This document shows positions 27,209-37,673 of a stretch of DNA of 64,000 nt, piece by piece (within the stretch, counting starts at the first letter, position 1; every line of letters begins with the position of its first letter). A model generated the notes under the pieces. It saw only the letters and a list, made by a program, of their open reading frames with translations. It searched no databases and had not been told where the DNA came from. Position numbers and translations under genes: made by a program. The DNA is from Armatimonadota bacterium (GTDB lineage: Bacteria > Armatimonadota > SYMT01), in NCBI GenBank assembly GCA_046292385.1, contig JBKBRF010000015.1:70726-134725 (forward strand). Direction: 5' to 3'.

Positions 27209-28048
27209 TTACTGTCCCAGGATCTCCCGGAGCACGCGCAGGCCGTGCGCGCAGTCCCGGACGCGGGCTTCCTGGTCGCCGACTTCCCGCTCGATCACCA
27301 GCGGACCGGTGTAGCCGACCCTCTTCAGCGCCTGCACGAACTCCGCCATGCCGACCTGCCCCTCGCCCAGCGGCACCTCTTCGCCCCAGTCGCCGGGGGA
27401 GGTGGGCCGGCGGGCGTCCTTGCAGTGGACGCTGGCGATGTCCGGCCCCAGGATCTCGACCGCTCGGATCGGGTCGCCCATGTCGTAGAGGAGCATGTTC
27501 GCCGGGTCGAAGTTGATCTTCAGGTTGCGGCACTGGAGGTCGTCCAGCGTGCGGCGCAGCAGGTCGGCGGTCTCCTGGCCGGTCTCGAAGCAGAGGGTGA
27601 CCCCCTTCTCCTGCGCCAGGGCCGCCGCCTGCCCCAGCGTGTCGAGGAACGGCCGGCGGGCGGGGTCGGACGGGTCGGGCAGGAAGCCGGCGTGGAGGGT
27701 GAGCAGCTCCAGTCCCAGCGCGCGGGTGCGGTCGAGGCCCCACTGCAGCGTCTCCAGCCGCTGGGCGCGCGTCTCCGGGTTGCCGAAGCCGCCGGTCTGC
27801 TTGATCGTCTCCGGCGTGGTGTAATCTTCCCCGGGGAAGCCGAGCATCGCCGCCGTCATCTCGAAGCCGGCCGCGCGCGCCGCATCCGGCATGGCGTCCC
27901 CTTCTTCCCAGGAGGCGTGGTGCGGATCCCCGCAGGCGATCTGGATTACGTTCACGCCGAGCCGGTCCAGCAGGCTGCGAAGCTCGGGGACGCTCTTCAC
28001 CTGGAGCGACCAACTGCAAACGCCGAGGGCATAGGGTTCAACGGGCAT
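27209..28048 (-). CDS. Sugar phosphate isomerase/epimerase (xylose-isomerase-like TIM barrel)
   Basis: FETGQE, NFDPANM, VHCKD, GEGQV, VIERE; GGAGG RBS. Confidence 0.88.
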   Translation of the reverse strand: MPVEPYALGVCSWSLQVKSVPELRSLLDRLGVNVIQIACGDPHHASWEEGDAMPDAARAAGFEMTAAMLGFPGEDYTTPETIKQTGGFGNPETRAQRLETLQWGLDRTRALGLELLTLHAGFLPDPSDPARRPFLDTLGQAAALAQEKGVTLCFETGQETADLLRRTLDDLQCRNLKINFDPANMLLYDMGDPIRAVEILGPDIASVHCKDARRPTSPGDWGEEVPLGEGQVGMAEFVQALKRVGYTGPLVIEREVGDQEARVRDCAHGLRVLREILGQ

Positions 28049-28262
28049 CAGGACCTCCGTGGAGTACCAAAGGGGGCAGCTACCGCCTACCGGCCTCGAG
28101 TGGGAGAATGGGCGAGTGGGAGAGTGGGCGAACTGCTCGCGTGAGACGCCCTTCCTCGCCCACTCCCCATTCCAGCGATAGGAGCGCCGGGGCGGGCGCC
28201 GCGGGTGAAGGTTCGCTCCCCGGGCAGGGATGCCCTGCCCTGGCCGGTTGGATCGGATGGAG

Positions 28263-29042
28263 ATGAGGATGCAGGAGCTATCCGCGGAAGAAGAGAGGCT
28301 CGTTCGGTGGCTGCGGGAGGCGCGGCGGGTGCTGGCGTTCTGCGGCGCCGGCGTCTCGGCGGAGAGCGGCGTGCCGACCTTCCGGGACGCGGGCGGCCTG
28401 TGGGAAGGCCACCGCGTGGAAGAGGTCGCCACTCCGGAAGCGTTCGCCGCCGACCCCCGCCGGGTCTGGCGGTTCTACGCGCTGCGCCTGGCACGGCTCG
28501 CCACCGTTTCCCCGAATCCGGCCCACGAGGTGCTGGCGGCGATGGAGCGGCACTTCGAAGAGACGCTGGTCGTGACGCAGAACGTCGACGACCTCCACGA
28601 GCGCGCCGGCAGCCGGAGCCTGGTGAAGCTGCACGGCAGCATCCGCGAGACGCGCTGCACGCGCTGCGGCACGGTGAGCGTGCCGGAAGAGCCGGTGTCG
28701 GAGGCGGTGGTTGCCCGCGGCGACCTCCCCCGCTGCGGATGCGGCGGGCTGCTCCGGCCGAACGTGGTCTGGTTCGGGGAGTACCTCGACCCGGCGCACC
28801 TGCAGCGGATCGAGCGGTTCTTCCAGCGGACGGCCGGATCGGAGACGCTGGTGCTGGTGATCGGCACCTCCGGGCTCGTGAGCGGCGGCTACGGCATTCC
28901 CGGGATCGCCTACCGCTCGGGGGCGCGCTCCGCGGAGATCAACCCCGCGGCGTCCGCGCTCTCGGATGAGGTCGATCTCGCGCTGCGGGCTCCCGCCGGC
29001 GAACTGCTGGGCCGAATCTGGCCGCGCGTCACCGGCGGCTAG
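28263..29042 (+). CDS. cobB: NAD-dependent protein deacylase (sirtuin); start uncertain (28257-28269)
   Basis: GAGVSAESGVPTFR, TQNVDDLH, LHGS, CTRC/CGCG, RPNVVWFGE, IGTS, EINP. Confidence 0.92.
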   Translation: MRMQELSAEEERLVRWLREARRVLAFCGAGVSAESGVPTFRDAGGLWEGHRVEEVATPEAFAADPRRVWRFYALRLARLATVSPNPAHEVLAAMERHFEETLVVTQNVDDLHERAGSRSLVKLHGSIRETRCTRCGTVSVPEEPVSEAVVARGDLPRCGCGGLLRPNVVWFGEYLDPAHLQRIERFFQRTAGSETLVLVIGTSGLVSGGYGIPGIAYRSGARSAEINPAASALSDEVDLALRAPAGELLGRIWPRVTGG

Positions 29043-29053
29043 CCAAACCCGAC

Positions 29054-29287
29054 TCAGGCGCCGGCGCGGAGGCGCCGCCAGAAGCGGTAGAAGCGGTTCG
29101 CCCGAATTCCCTTCGGCCGGGGATCGCCGGCACACCGGGAGCAGAGGACGCTCTCGTGCCAGCGCCCGCGCGAGTGCGAGCACGCGCGGCAGGCCGCCTC
29201 CTGGCAGCGGCCGCAGTAGTCGCCCTCGTAAGCCACAAAGTGGTCCCGGCAGACCGAGCACGTCTCATACGGGACGGATAACGCCAT
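29054..29287 (-). CDS. Small Cys-rich zinc-finger-like protein
   Basis: Four CxxC motifs in 77 aa; GAGGGAG RBS. Confidence 0.65.
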   Translation of the reverse strand: MALSVPYETCSVCRDHFVAYEGDYCGRCQEAACRACSHSRGRWHESVLCSRCAGDPRPKGIRANRFYRFWRRLRAGA

Positions 29288-29594
29288 CGGACAGCTCTCC
29301 CTCTCGCACGGTGGCTTCCGGTTGCCTGCTGCGCAACCAGGGTATCTCCTGCTCCACCGCCGTACGGATTCTGTCGGCGTTCCCCGGCCAATTCTCGAAT
29401 CGTTGATTCCGCGCCCCGAGCCTGTCTTCGGCGGCTCTCCGATTCCGTGCGCGTGATCTGCCCGATCGCCGCGCAAAAGCGGCCGCGGTGCCGCCGAGGA
29501 ATTGCGGACGCGACCCTGGAACCGTAGCCTCGTTCCATGCGTGGAGCGTGTCGGGAGCTCGTCTCCGGCCGCGGTGGGAGATCGGGAGCGGGAG

Positions 29595-30455
29595 ATGGAG
29601 TTCGTAACTCTCGGGGTGGTGAGCAACGTCTGGGGTGCGCTCTTCGCGGAGAGCTCGCTCGAAGCGGAGTGCGAGCGGGCCGTCCGGGCCGGCTACGGCT
29701 ACGTGGAGCTGCGGCAGCGCGCCGTTCCGGGCGGCGAGGAGACCGTGCCGGGAGACGACCGCCCCTGGCCGCTGCCGGACCGCCTGCAGGCGCTGGCGGC
29801 GCGGTTCCCGCAGCTCGGCTTCAACCTGGCGGTGGAGGCACCGTTCCTGACCACCCCGCTCGACCCGAACGACCCCTACCTCCAACGGTGCGTCGAGGCA
29901 GCCGTCGCGCTGGGCGGGAATCCGCCGGTGCTGCGGCTGGTCGACGTGAGCCCTGCCTCCTCCCTCTTGAGCGACCCCGGCGAGATCCGGACCCTGGCCG
30001 AGGCGGTAGCCGCGGTCGCGCGCAGCCTCTCCCATCACGGCGTGGCGCTGGCGCTGGAGAACTCCCGGCAGCCGGTCGCCCCGCTCCTGCAGATGCTGCG
30101 GCTCGCAGGCGACAGCCTCTCCGGCGGCATCCCGTCTCCGCGGCTCTGCTGGGACCCGATGAACCAGGCGGCGCAGACCCTCGCGCCGGAAGACCCGCTG
30201 ACAACCGCCCGCGATCTCTCCGGCCCGGAGTTGTTCGAATTCCACTTCAAGCAGGCGCGGAACGGCGAGCTGCTCCCGGACGTGCAGGACGGCGACCTCC
30301 CCTGGTCCTCCCTCCTCCTGGCGCTCCGGGACGGGGGCTTCCGCGGCCCCGCCCTCTTCGAGATCGCCCCCGGCCCCGACATCTGGCCCCGACTGGACCG
30401 CAGCACCGCCTACATCCGCTCCCTTTTGGAAGCAGTTGACCCTTCCAGGGGATAA
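29595..30455 (+). CDS. Xylose-isomerase-like TIM barrel protein
   Basis: GYGYVELR, ALENS, CWDPMN, FHFKQ, GDLPW, FRGPALFE. Confidence 0.78.
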   Translation: MEFVTLGVVSNVWGALFAESSLEAECERAVRAGYGYVELRQRAVPGGEETVPGDDRPWPLPDRLQALAARFPQLGFNLAVEAPFLTTPLDPNDPYLQRCVEAAVALGGNPPVLRLVDVSPASSLLSDPGEIRTLAEAVAAVARSLSHHGVALALENSRQPVAPLLQMLRLAGDSLSGGIPSPRLCWDPMNQAAQTLAPEDPLTTARDLSGPELFEFHFKQARNGELLPDVQDGDLPWSSLLLALRDGGFRGPALFEIAPGPDIWPRLDRSTAYIRSLLEAVDPSRG

Positions 30456-30643
30456 GGGGATTTCATTGAGGATGGGGAGATGGAGTCAGTGCGGAGTGCA
30501 GAGGACGGAGTTCGGAGAACCGAACCCTCCGGTGCGCATGGCTTGAATTCCGCACTCCGCCCTCACCCCTCTGCCCGTAAGACATCCCCTCATCCCCAAG
30601 TTCATCCCCCTATCTCCTTTTCTTACACTCCCGTTACGCCCAA

Positions 30644-31858
30644 ATGAGAATCACCCGCGTTACCACTGCCGTTGTTGAGGCGAACTACGACTGGACCTTC
30701 GTCCGCATCGAGGCGGACAACGGCCTCACCGGGACCGGTGAGTGCTTCTTCGCGCCCGGCCTGACCGGCATGATCCGCGACCTCCGCGGCGTGCTGATCG
30801 GGCAGGACCCGCGCAACGTCGACTTCCTCTTCCGCCGGCTGCAGCGCGCCGCCTCGGGCGCCGGCTCGGTCAGCGGCATCGTCTACAACGCCATCACCGG
30901 CATGGAGGCAGCGCTGCTCGATCTCGTCGGCAAAGCGCTCGGCGTCCCGGTCTGGCAGCTCCTGGGCGGCCGCTGCCGGAGCGAGGTGCGTCTCTATGCG
31001 GACTGCCACGCCGGCAGCGGCCTGGAGAGCTACGGCCCGGCCCTCGACCCGCGGGAGCCGGCCTGGTACCAAGGCGTTCTTGCCACGCTCGAAGACGAGG
31101 ACTCCCTCTCCCCCGCCGCCTGGGCGAAGCGGGCGCGGCAGGCGGTCGACTGCGGCTTCGACGCTCTCAAGTTCGACCTCGATGCGGACGCCACCGCCGC
31201 GGAAGGCCAGCTCCGCGCCCTCACGGCAGAAGAGATCCAGGCGATGGTGGCCCGCGTCCAGGCGCTGCGGGAGGAGGTCGGCTCCGGGGTCGACATCGCG
31301 CTCGACTGCCACTGGCGGTACCCGCTGGCCGACGTGGTCCGCATCGCCCGCGCCATGGAGCCGTTCAACCTCCTCTGGCTGGAGGACCCGCTCCCGCCGT
31401 TCAACCCGCGCTCCTTCCTGGCGCTGCGGGAGAGCAGCTCCGTGCCGATCTGCACCGGCGAGAACCTCTTCACCCGCCACGGCTTCCGAGAGCTGATCGA
31501 GACGCAGGCGGTCCACCTCGTCTCCCCGGACCTGCAGAAGGTCGGCGGCCTGCTGGAGGCGCGGCGCATCGCCGATCACGCCGACATGTACGATCTCCTC
31601 GTCGCGCCGCACTGCATCGCGGGACCGCTGGGGACGATGGCCTCGGTCCACCTCGCCGCCGCCATCCCGAACTTCGTCGTGCTGGAGTTCCACGGGCAGG
31701 ACGTGCCGTTCTGGAGCGACCTGGTCACCGGCGTGGAGCAGCCGCTGATCCGGAACGGCCGGATCCAGGTGCCGGAGACCCCCGGATTCGGGGTAGAGCT
31801 AAACGAAGAAGTGGCGCGAGAGTACCGCAAGCCGGGAGAGAGCTTCTTCGAGGCATGA
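30644..31858 (+). CDS. Mandelate racemase/muconate lactonising enzyme family (sugar-acid dehydratase-like)
   Basis: GLTGTGE, ALLDLVGKALGVPVWQLLGG, ALKFD, LDCH, WLEDP, GEN, APH. Confidence 0.9.
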   Translation: MRITRVTTAVVEANYDWTFVRIEADNGLTGTGECFFAPGLTGMIRDLRGVLIGQDPRNVDFLFRRLQRAASGAGSVSGIVYNAITGMEAALLDLVGKALGVPVWQLLGGRCRSEVRLYADCHAGSGLESYGPALDPREPAWYQGVLATLEDEDSLSPAAWAKRARQAVDCGFDALKFDLDADATAAEGQLRALTAEEIQAMVARVQALREEVGSGVDIALDCHWRYPLADVVRIARAMEPFNLLWLEDPLPPFNPRSFLALRESSSVPICTGENLFTRHGFRELIETQAVHLVSPDLQKVGGLLEARRIADHADMYDLLVAPHCIAGPLGTMASVHLAAAIPNFVVLEFHGQDVPFWSDLVTGVEQPLIRNGRIQVPETPGFGVELNEEVAREYRKPGESFFEA

Positions 31859-32661
31859 GCGAAGAATTCGCGATCGAGGTCAACAGCCGCAGCGCCCACG
31901 TACGCTATCCCTCGCGCGTCGCGGTCGTGGAAGCCCTGGTCCGCCTTCAGGTGGGCCAGGGCGTGCCGGTGCCGGTCTGGCCGCCGCGCCGCCTGCCGCA
32001 CGGCCTGCTGATCTCGGAGGTGCGCGACGGGTGGGTCAGCCTCTGGTCGCCGCTGGAAGACATGGAAGAGTGGCTGCCGCGCCTCACGGAGACGCTGGAG
32101 TGCGCCGGCGTGCTGATCGAGGTGGTGCAGAGCCGCTTCTGGATCTGCGAGCTCTTCCGCGACGGGCAGCTGCTCGGCCGCGTGGAGCTGCCGACTACCG
32201 CCATCGAGTGGGACCTGCTCCAGTCCCAGGTGGAGGCCTCGCTCGTCGCCGAGGGGGTCGCGGAGCCGTGGCGGGACGAGGCGCGCTTCGGCGCCCGCGC
32301 GGACGAGATCGCCCGCTCCGAGGAGTACCAGGAAGACATCCGCCGGCTCCAGGAAGAGCGGCCGCGGCCGGAGGAGCTGCGGCCGTTCCTGCCGCCGCAC
32401 GCCAGCCTGGAGCAGGCCTGGGAGCTGCTGTTTCAGGTCGATCGGGAGGAAGCCCCGGATGCCGGCGAGGAGGCCGAGTCGCCCTACGCGGAAGACTACG
32501 CCGACGCCTTCGCCTCCTACCTCGGCATCCGCGACGCCACCTGGGACCCCCGCGCCGACGCCGACGCCCTCTCCGAAGGCGAGTACGAAGACGAAGAAGG
32601 CCTCCCGGAAGGCTGGCGAGACTTCGTAGTCCTCCCCATCACCCAGCTCCGGGTCCTGTGA
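31855..32661 (+). CDS. Acidic hypothetical protein
   Basis: ATGA overlap with the upstream gene; strong GC3 bias from MSEEFAIEV. Confidence 0.7.
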   Translation: MSEEFAIEVNSRSAHVRYPSRVAVVEALVRLQVGQGVPVPVWPPRRLPHGLLISEVRDGWVSLWSPLEDMEEWLPRLTETLECAGVLIEVVQSRFWICELFRDGQLLGRVELPTTAIEWDLLQSQVEASLVAEGVAEPWRDEARFGARADEIARSEEYQEDIRRLQEERPRPEELRPFLPPHASLEQAWELLFQVDREEAPDAGEEAESPYAEDYADAFASYLGIRDATWDPRADADALSEGEYEDEEGLPEGWRDFVVLPITQLRVL

Positions 32662-32669
32662 TTTCTTTC

Positions 32670-32875
32670 GACACAGAAGGACACAGAAGAACCAACAGAG
32701 GACCACAGATGGGAACCCGCAGGGACTGAACCGCCAAGACGCCAAGTGCGCAATGAGAGCGGGCGAGGTCTCGCCTCACCCGTCGTTCTGAAATCCCGGT
32801 ATCTCCTCCCGAAAGCAGCCCCGAGGGGTTCCTGTCTGTGTTCCCTCTGTTGGTTCTTCTGTGTCCCTCTGTGTC
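32670..32875. repeat. ~49-bp imperfect inverted repeat pair bounding the intergenic spacer
   Basis: GACACAGAAGGACACAGAAGAACCAACAGAGG... (32670-32718) vs ...CCTCTGTTGGTTCTTCTGTGTCCCTCTGTGTC (32826-32875). Confidence 0.8.
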
Positions 32876-32882
32876 AGAACAA

Positions 32883-34847
32883 ATGAGCCTTCCCTACAGA
32901 CAGATCCACCTCGACTTTCACACTTCCGAGCAGATCGTCGGGATCGGCCGGCGGTTCGACGCGGAGGCGTTCGCGCGGCGGCTGGAGGAGGCGCGGGTTA
33001 ACTCCGTTACCTGCTTCTCCCGGTGTCACCACGGGCTGATCTACCACGACACCCGCTTCGAGGCGCGGCATCCCCACCTGGAGGTGAACCTGCTGCAGGA
33101 GCAGATCGAGGCGTGCCACGCCCGCGGGATCCGGGTGCCGATTTACATCTCCGTCGGCTTCGACGAGTTCATGGCGGCGAGGCATCCGGAGTGCGTGGAG
33201 GTGCAGGCGGACGGGCAGACCCTCGGCGCGCCGCTGCAGGCGGGCTGGCGCAAGCTGTGCCTGAACGCGCAGCCGTACGTCGACTACGTCTCCGAGCAGA
33301 CGCAGGAGGTGCTCTCGCTCTTCCCCACCGACGGGCTCTTCTTCGACATCATCCACCAGTACCAGTGCTGCTGCCGCTGGTGTCTGGCCGGGATGCGGGA
33401 GCAGGGGCTGAACCCGGAGGTGGAGGCGGATCGGAAGCGGTTCGCCCGCGGCGTGCTCGACCGGCTCCGCACCCGGATCGCCGCGGAGGTGCGCGCGGTG
33501 GCGCCGGACTGCGACCTCTTCTGGAACAGCGGTCACGTCGACCCGAGCTTCCGCCCCGTGCTCCACACCTTCTCCCACCTGGAGCTGGAGAGCCTGCCGA
33601 GCGGCGGGTGGGGCTACGACCACTTCCCGCTCAGCGTCCGCTACGCCCGCAACCTGGGGCTGGACCACCTGGGCATGACCGGCAAGTTCCTGAAGACCTG
33701 GGCCGGCTTCGGGGAGTTCAAGAACCAGGCCGCGCTGGAGTACGAGTGCTTCACCGCCCTGGCGGAGGGGAGCAAGTGCTCCATCGGCGACCAGCTTCCG
33801 CCCCACGGGGAGCTCGACCCCGGCACCTACCAGCTCGTCGGCGCCGTCTACGCGCAGGTGGAGGCGAAGGAGCCGTGGTGCGCCGGATCCCGCGCCGTCA
33901 CCGAGGTGGCGATCTTCAACCCGGCGGCGGTAGGCGCCCACGACGGCCGCGTCGACACCTCCGCCGGCGGCGCCTACCACATGTTGATCGAGGCGCACTA
34001 CCAGTTCGACCTGGTCGATGCGGAGATCGACTGGTCCCGCTACCGCGTGCTGGTGCTGCCCGATAAGATCCGCCTCGACGCCGCGCTGGCGGAGAAGCTG
34101 CGCGCCTACCTGCGCGGCGGTGGCAAGCTGATTGCCTCCCACCGCTCCGGCCTCGCCGCCGGCCGGGACGAATTCGCGCTGGACGAGTTGGGCGTCCGCT
34201 ACCTGGCCGACGCGCGCTTCTCCCCCGATTACGTGGTCGCCGGCCCCGAGCTGGCGGAAGGCGTGCTCCCGGGCGAGCACGTGATGTTCGACCGCGGCCT
34301 AGAAGTCGAGCCGGCGGAGGGCGCCCGCAGCCTGGCGCAGGTCTGGTGGCCCTACTTCAACCGCACCTGGGAGCACTTCTGCAGCCACCGCCACACGCCG
34401 GTGGAGAAGGAGAGCCCCTTCCCCGCCGTAGTGGCGACGGAGAGCACCGTCTACTTCGCCCACCCGATCTTCGCTGGCTACCTGCAGCACGGCTCCCGCA
34501 CCTACAAGCTGCTCTTCCTGAACGCGCTGCAGCGGCTACTGCCGGAGAAGCTGGTCGAGACCGACGCCCCCACCACCGCGCACGTCACGCTGATGCGGCA
34601 GGAAGCGGAGGGCCGCACTGTCGCCCACCTGCTCCACTACATCCCGGAGCAGCGCTTCCGCGAGATCCAGACGATCGAAGAGGCGATCCCGCTGCGGGAC
34701 GTCAGCCTCTCCGTCAAGCTCGACCGCGAGCCCCGCCGCGTCTACCTCGCCCCCGAAGGCACCGACCTCCCGTGGCAGTGGTCCGCCGGCCGCGCCCGCG
34801 TCACCGTCCCCGAAGTCCGCGGCCACGCGATGGTGGTGTTCGAGTGA
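32883..34847 (+). CDS. Glycoside hydrolase, GH151/GHL6-like (alpha-L-fucosidase-like) with beta-galactosidase trimerisation domain
   Basis: RQIHLDFHTS, FSRCHHG, DGLFFDI, HLELESLP, SIGDQL. Confidence 0.8.
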   Translation: MSLPYRQIHLDFHTSEQIVGIGRRFDAEAFARRLEEARVNSVTCFSRCHHGLIYHDTRFEARHPHLEVNLLQEQIEACHARGIRVPIYISVGFDEFMAARHPECVEVQADGQTLGAPLQAGWRKLCLNAQPYVDYVSEQTQEVLSLFPTDGLFFDIIHQYQCCCRWCLAGMREQGLNPEVEADRKRFARGVLDRLRTRIAAEVRAVAPDCDLFWNSGHVDPSFRPVLHTFSHLELESLPSGGWGYDHFPLSVRYARNLGLDHLGMTGKFLKTWAGFGEFKNQAALEYECFTALAEGSKCSIGDQLPPHGELDPGTYQLVGAVYAQVEAKEPWCAGSRAVTEVAIFNPAAVGAHDGRVDTSAGGAYHMLIEAHYQFDLVDAEIDWSRYRVLVLPDKIRLDAALAEKLRAYLRGGGKLIASHRSGLAAGRDEFALDELGVRYLADARFSPDYVVAGPELAEGVLPGEHVMFDRGLEVEPAEGARSLAQVWWPYFNRTWEHFCSHRHTPVEKESPFPAVVATESTVYFAHPIFAGYLQHGSRTYKLLFLNALQRLLPEKLVETDAPTTAHVTLMRQEAEGRTVAHLLHYIPEQRFREIQTIEEAIPLRDVSLSVKLDREPRRVYLAPEGTDLPWQWSAGRARVTVPEVRGHAMVVFE

Positions 34848-35084
34848 GTTGCCGGCCCGGCAGTTGAGATTCGTGGTTTCAAACTGCCTGGAGAGTGGGT
34901 ATCTATCTTAACTCGGGTACGACAAGCCGACCCGGCCTCTCCGCCGCGGACGCCAGCACAGCCCCTGCGCCGCTGGGTTACCGCGTCGGCTTCCCCTAAC
35001 CGGACGAAACTCGCTCCAGGTTGGTCCCGCTGCCGAGTCTTCGTCCGTCGAGTCCTGCCCAGACGCGCGTACAGGAGACGCGAA

Positions 35085-35621
35085 ATGCCGACTTCCGAAT
35101 TCCAGCCCCGCTCGGCTAGCGACGCCGACCTTCCCCTGGAACGCGACCTCTTCCTGCGCACGCTCATTCGCGAGCTGGCCGGAACGCTCCAGGACGTCGT
35201 GGGTCTGGAAGAAGCGGCCGGCTTCGTCAGCGTGGTCGGGCAGCGTGTGGGCGACCAGATCAACGAGAGCTATAAGTCCGCGCTGCAGGTTCATCAGCTC
35301 TCGCGTCAGCAGGTCGCCGATGTACTGGTGGATTTGAAGCGACGCATCCAGGGCGACTTCTACGTGCTGGAGGAGCGGGAAGACCGCATCACCTTCGGAA
35401 ACCGGACCTGCCCATTCGCGGAGAAGGTGGAGGGACGGCCGGCGCTGTGCATGATGACCTCGAACGTCTTCGGAGTGATCGCCGCGGAGAACCTGGGTTA
35501 CGGGAAAGTAGTGCTCGAAGAGACGATCGCGCGAGGCGATGCCGGCTGCCGGGTCACGGTGTTCCTCCGGCCATCGGAGGAGGCGGAGGCTGCGGACGGG
35601 CGGGAGTACTTCCGGAAATAG
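35085..35621 (+). CDS. Methanogen output domain 1 (MetOD1/V4R-like) protein
   Basis: [44 protein letters not shown]. Confidence 0.8.
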   Translation: MPTSEFQPRSASDADLPLERDLFLRTLIRELAGTLQDVVGLEEAAGFVSVVGQRVGDQINESYKSALQVHQLSRQQVADVLVDLKRRIQGDFYVLEEREDRITFGNRTCPFAEKVEGRPALCMMTSNVFGVIAAENLGYGKVVLEETIARGDAGCRVTVFLRPSEEAEAADGREYFRK

Positions 35622-35628
35622 CTTGAAC

Positions 35629-37599
35629 GTGACCCCTGAAGAGTTCGTCGCCATTTCCCGCCTCGTCCCGGAGCCGATGTTCCTCGTCACCGGCCAGGGG
35701 GACGTCGTCGCCGCGAATAAGGCCGCCGCCCAGCGACTCGGAGTACATCCCCGCGACGTCGCCGGAAGCGCGTTTGCCAGCCTGCTCTGCGACTCCCCCG
35801 AGGTGGTGGAACGGTATCTCCTTACGTGCGCCCGCAGCGGTGACCCGATGCCCGGCTCACTCGCGCTTCGTCTACCCGGCGGGGAGGCGCTGCCGTGCCG
35901 TGCCGAGGGCGTAGTGGTGCGCCCCCGCGCTGAGGGCGCACCGGCGCTCATCGTTCTACGGCTGGTCCCGAAACACGAGTCGCCCAGCCAGTTTGCCATC
36001 GTAAGCCGCCAGGTCGCCGAGCTCAACGAGGAAATCGCGCGTCGAAAGCGCCTGGAAAGGGCGCAGCGAGAACAGCGGAATTGGCTGGAAGTCACCCTCT
36101 CCAGCATCGGAGACGGGGTGATCGCCACCGACAACGAGGGCCGGGTTCTCTTTATGAATCCAGTGGCGCAGGTCCTGACCGGCTGGCCGCAAGACGAGGC
36201 GCTGGGGCAGCCCCTGGAAGAAGTGTTCCGGATCGTCAACCACGGGACCCGCGAACCGGTGGAAAGCCCGGCCACACGCGTGCTTCGCGAAGGCCGGGTG
36301 GTGGGCCTTGCCAACGACACCGTACTGTTGAGCCGCGACGGGAGCGAGTGGCCCATCGCCGACAGCGGCGCCCCGATCCGTGACGAATCGGGGCGGATTC
36401 TCGGGGTGGTGCTGGTGTTCCTTGAGATCACCGAGCGGCAGGCGATGGAGGCGGCGCTGCGACGGCAAACCGAGGACCTGTTGAGCTCCAATCGCCGCAA
36501 GGACGAATACATCGCCATGCTAGCTCACGAGCTCCGCAATCCGCTCGGGGCGCTCAGCAACGCGGTGGTGCTGTTGGAACAGGCGGAGCGGGGGAGTCCT
36601 TCTTTTGAGCGCGCCAGGGAGGTGGTACGGCGACAGCTCCGGCACCAGGTGCGAATGGTCGATGATCTGCTGGACGTATCGCGCATCACGCGCGGGACGT
36701 TTCACCTGCGCCGGGAGTGGCTGGACCTGCGCGAGCTTTGCGCGCAGGTCGTCGAGGACCATCGGCACCGTATCGACGGAACGAGCCTGCAGCTTCGGGT
36801 CGAGCTGCCGCCCCAGCCGGTGTGGATTCTCGGCGATCCCGCGCGCCTCTCACAGGTGGTGGCGAACCTGCTCACGAATGCGGTGAAGTTCACCCCGACC
36901 GGCGGCACCGTCGATATCAGGCTGAGCGCAGAGGACGGTCGTGCGGTTCTGACCGTAAGCGATACCGGAATTGGTATTGGGTCCGAGCTCCTGCCCCGCG
37001 TCTTTGAGGCGTTCGTGCAGGGAGAGCAGAACCTGGCGCGCACGCGCGGGGGCCTGGGCCTGGGGCTTTCATTGGTGAAGGGTGTCGTCGAGCTTCACCA
37101 GGGTGAGGTGTCGGCCGCCAGCCCCGGTCCGACGCAGGGGGCCGTCTTTACGGTGTCGCTGCCGCTGGCGAGTGCCGGAGAGATGCCGGCAGCGCCTCCG
37201 CCTACTCGCCGGGCTCCGGGCGGCCCGCTGCGAGTGCTGGTAATCGACGACATTTCCGATGCGGCGGAAACAATGCGGGACATGCTGGAGCTGTGGGGGC
37301 ACACGGTCGAGACCGCCCTCGGCGGCGCAGAGGGCGTGGACACCGCGCGACGCTTCCGCCCGCACGTGGTCATCTGCGATCTCGGCCTGCCGGCGATGGA
37401 CGGATATGCCGTGGCTCGAACGCTGAAAGGCGACCCGCGGACCGCCGGCATCCCACTCCTCGCGCTTACCGGCTACGGGGGCGACGAGGCGCGCCGCCGC
37501 TGCCGGGAAGTCGGCTTCGCCGCTCACCTGACGAAGCCGGTCGACGTAGCGCTCCTCCGCCGCCTCCTGGACGAGGTGGCCGCCTCTCCCGATGAATAG
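35629..37599 (+). CDS. PAS-PAS hybrid histidine kinase/receiver
   Basis: SIGDGVIATD PAS, AHELRNPL H-box, NAVKFT, DTGIG, GLGLGL, C-terminal receiver (IDD, CDLGLP, KP). Confidence 0.93.
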   Translation: MTPEEFVAISRLVPEPMFLVTGQGDVVAANKAAAQRLGVHPRDVAGSAFASLLCDSPEVVERYLLTCARSGDPMPGSLALRLPGGEALPCRAEGVVVRPRAEGAPALIVLRLVPKHESPSQFAIVSRQVAELNEEIARRKRLERAQREQRNWLEVTLSSIGDGVIATDNEGRVLFMNPVAQVLTGWPQDEALGQPLEEVFRIVNHGTREPVESPATRVLREGRVVGLANDTVLLSRDGSEWPIADSGAPIRDESGRILGVVLVFLEITERQAMEAALRRQTEDLLSSNRRKDEYIAMLAHELRNPLGALSNAVVLLEQAERGSPSFERAREVVRRQLRHQVRMVDDLLDVSRITRGTFHLRREWLDLRELCAQVVEDHRHRIDGTSLQLRVELPPQPVWILGDPARLSQVVANLLTNAVKFTPTGGTVDIRLSAEDGRAVLTVSDTGIGIGSELLPRVFEAFVQGEQNLARTRGGLGLGLSLVKGVVELHQGEVSAASPGPTQGAVFTVSLPLASAGEMPAAPPPTRRAPGGPLRVLVIDDISDAAETMRDMLELWGHTVETALGGAEGVDTARRFRPHVVICDLGLPAMDGYAVARTLKGDPRTAGIPLLALTGYGGDEARRRCREVGFAAHLTKPVDVALLRRLLDEVAASPDE

Positions 37600-37673
37600 G
37601 CCGTGCCACCTATCCTGGCTGACCGGGTCCACTGAAGCCGAAGAGAACTCTCTACCGCGTTGCGGGCGGTAGT

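Noticed and set aside
28263..29042. Sir2 as a defence effector (Sir2-HerA/Thoeris) linked to the island HerAs
   Set aside because: Canonical Zn-binding CobB-type deacylase, outside the att boundary among metabolic genes
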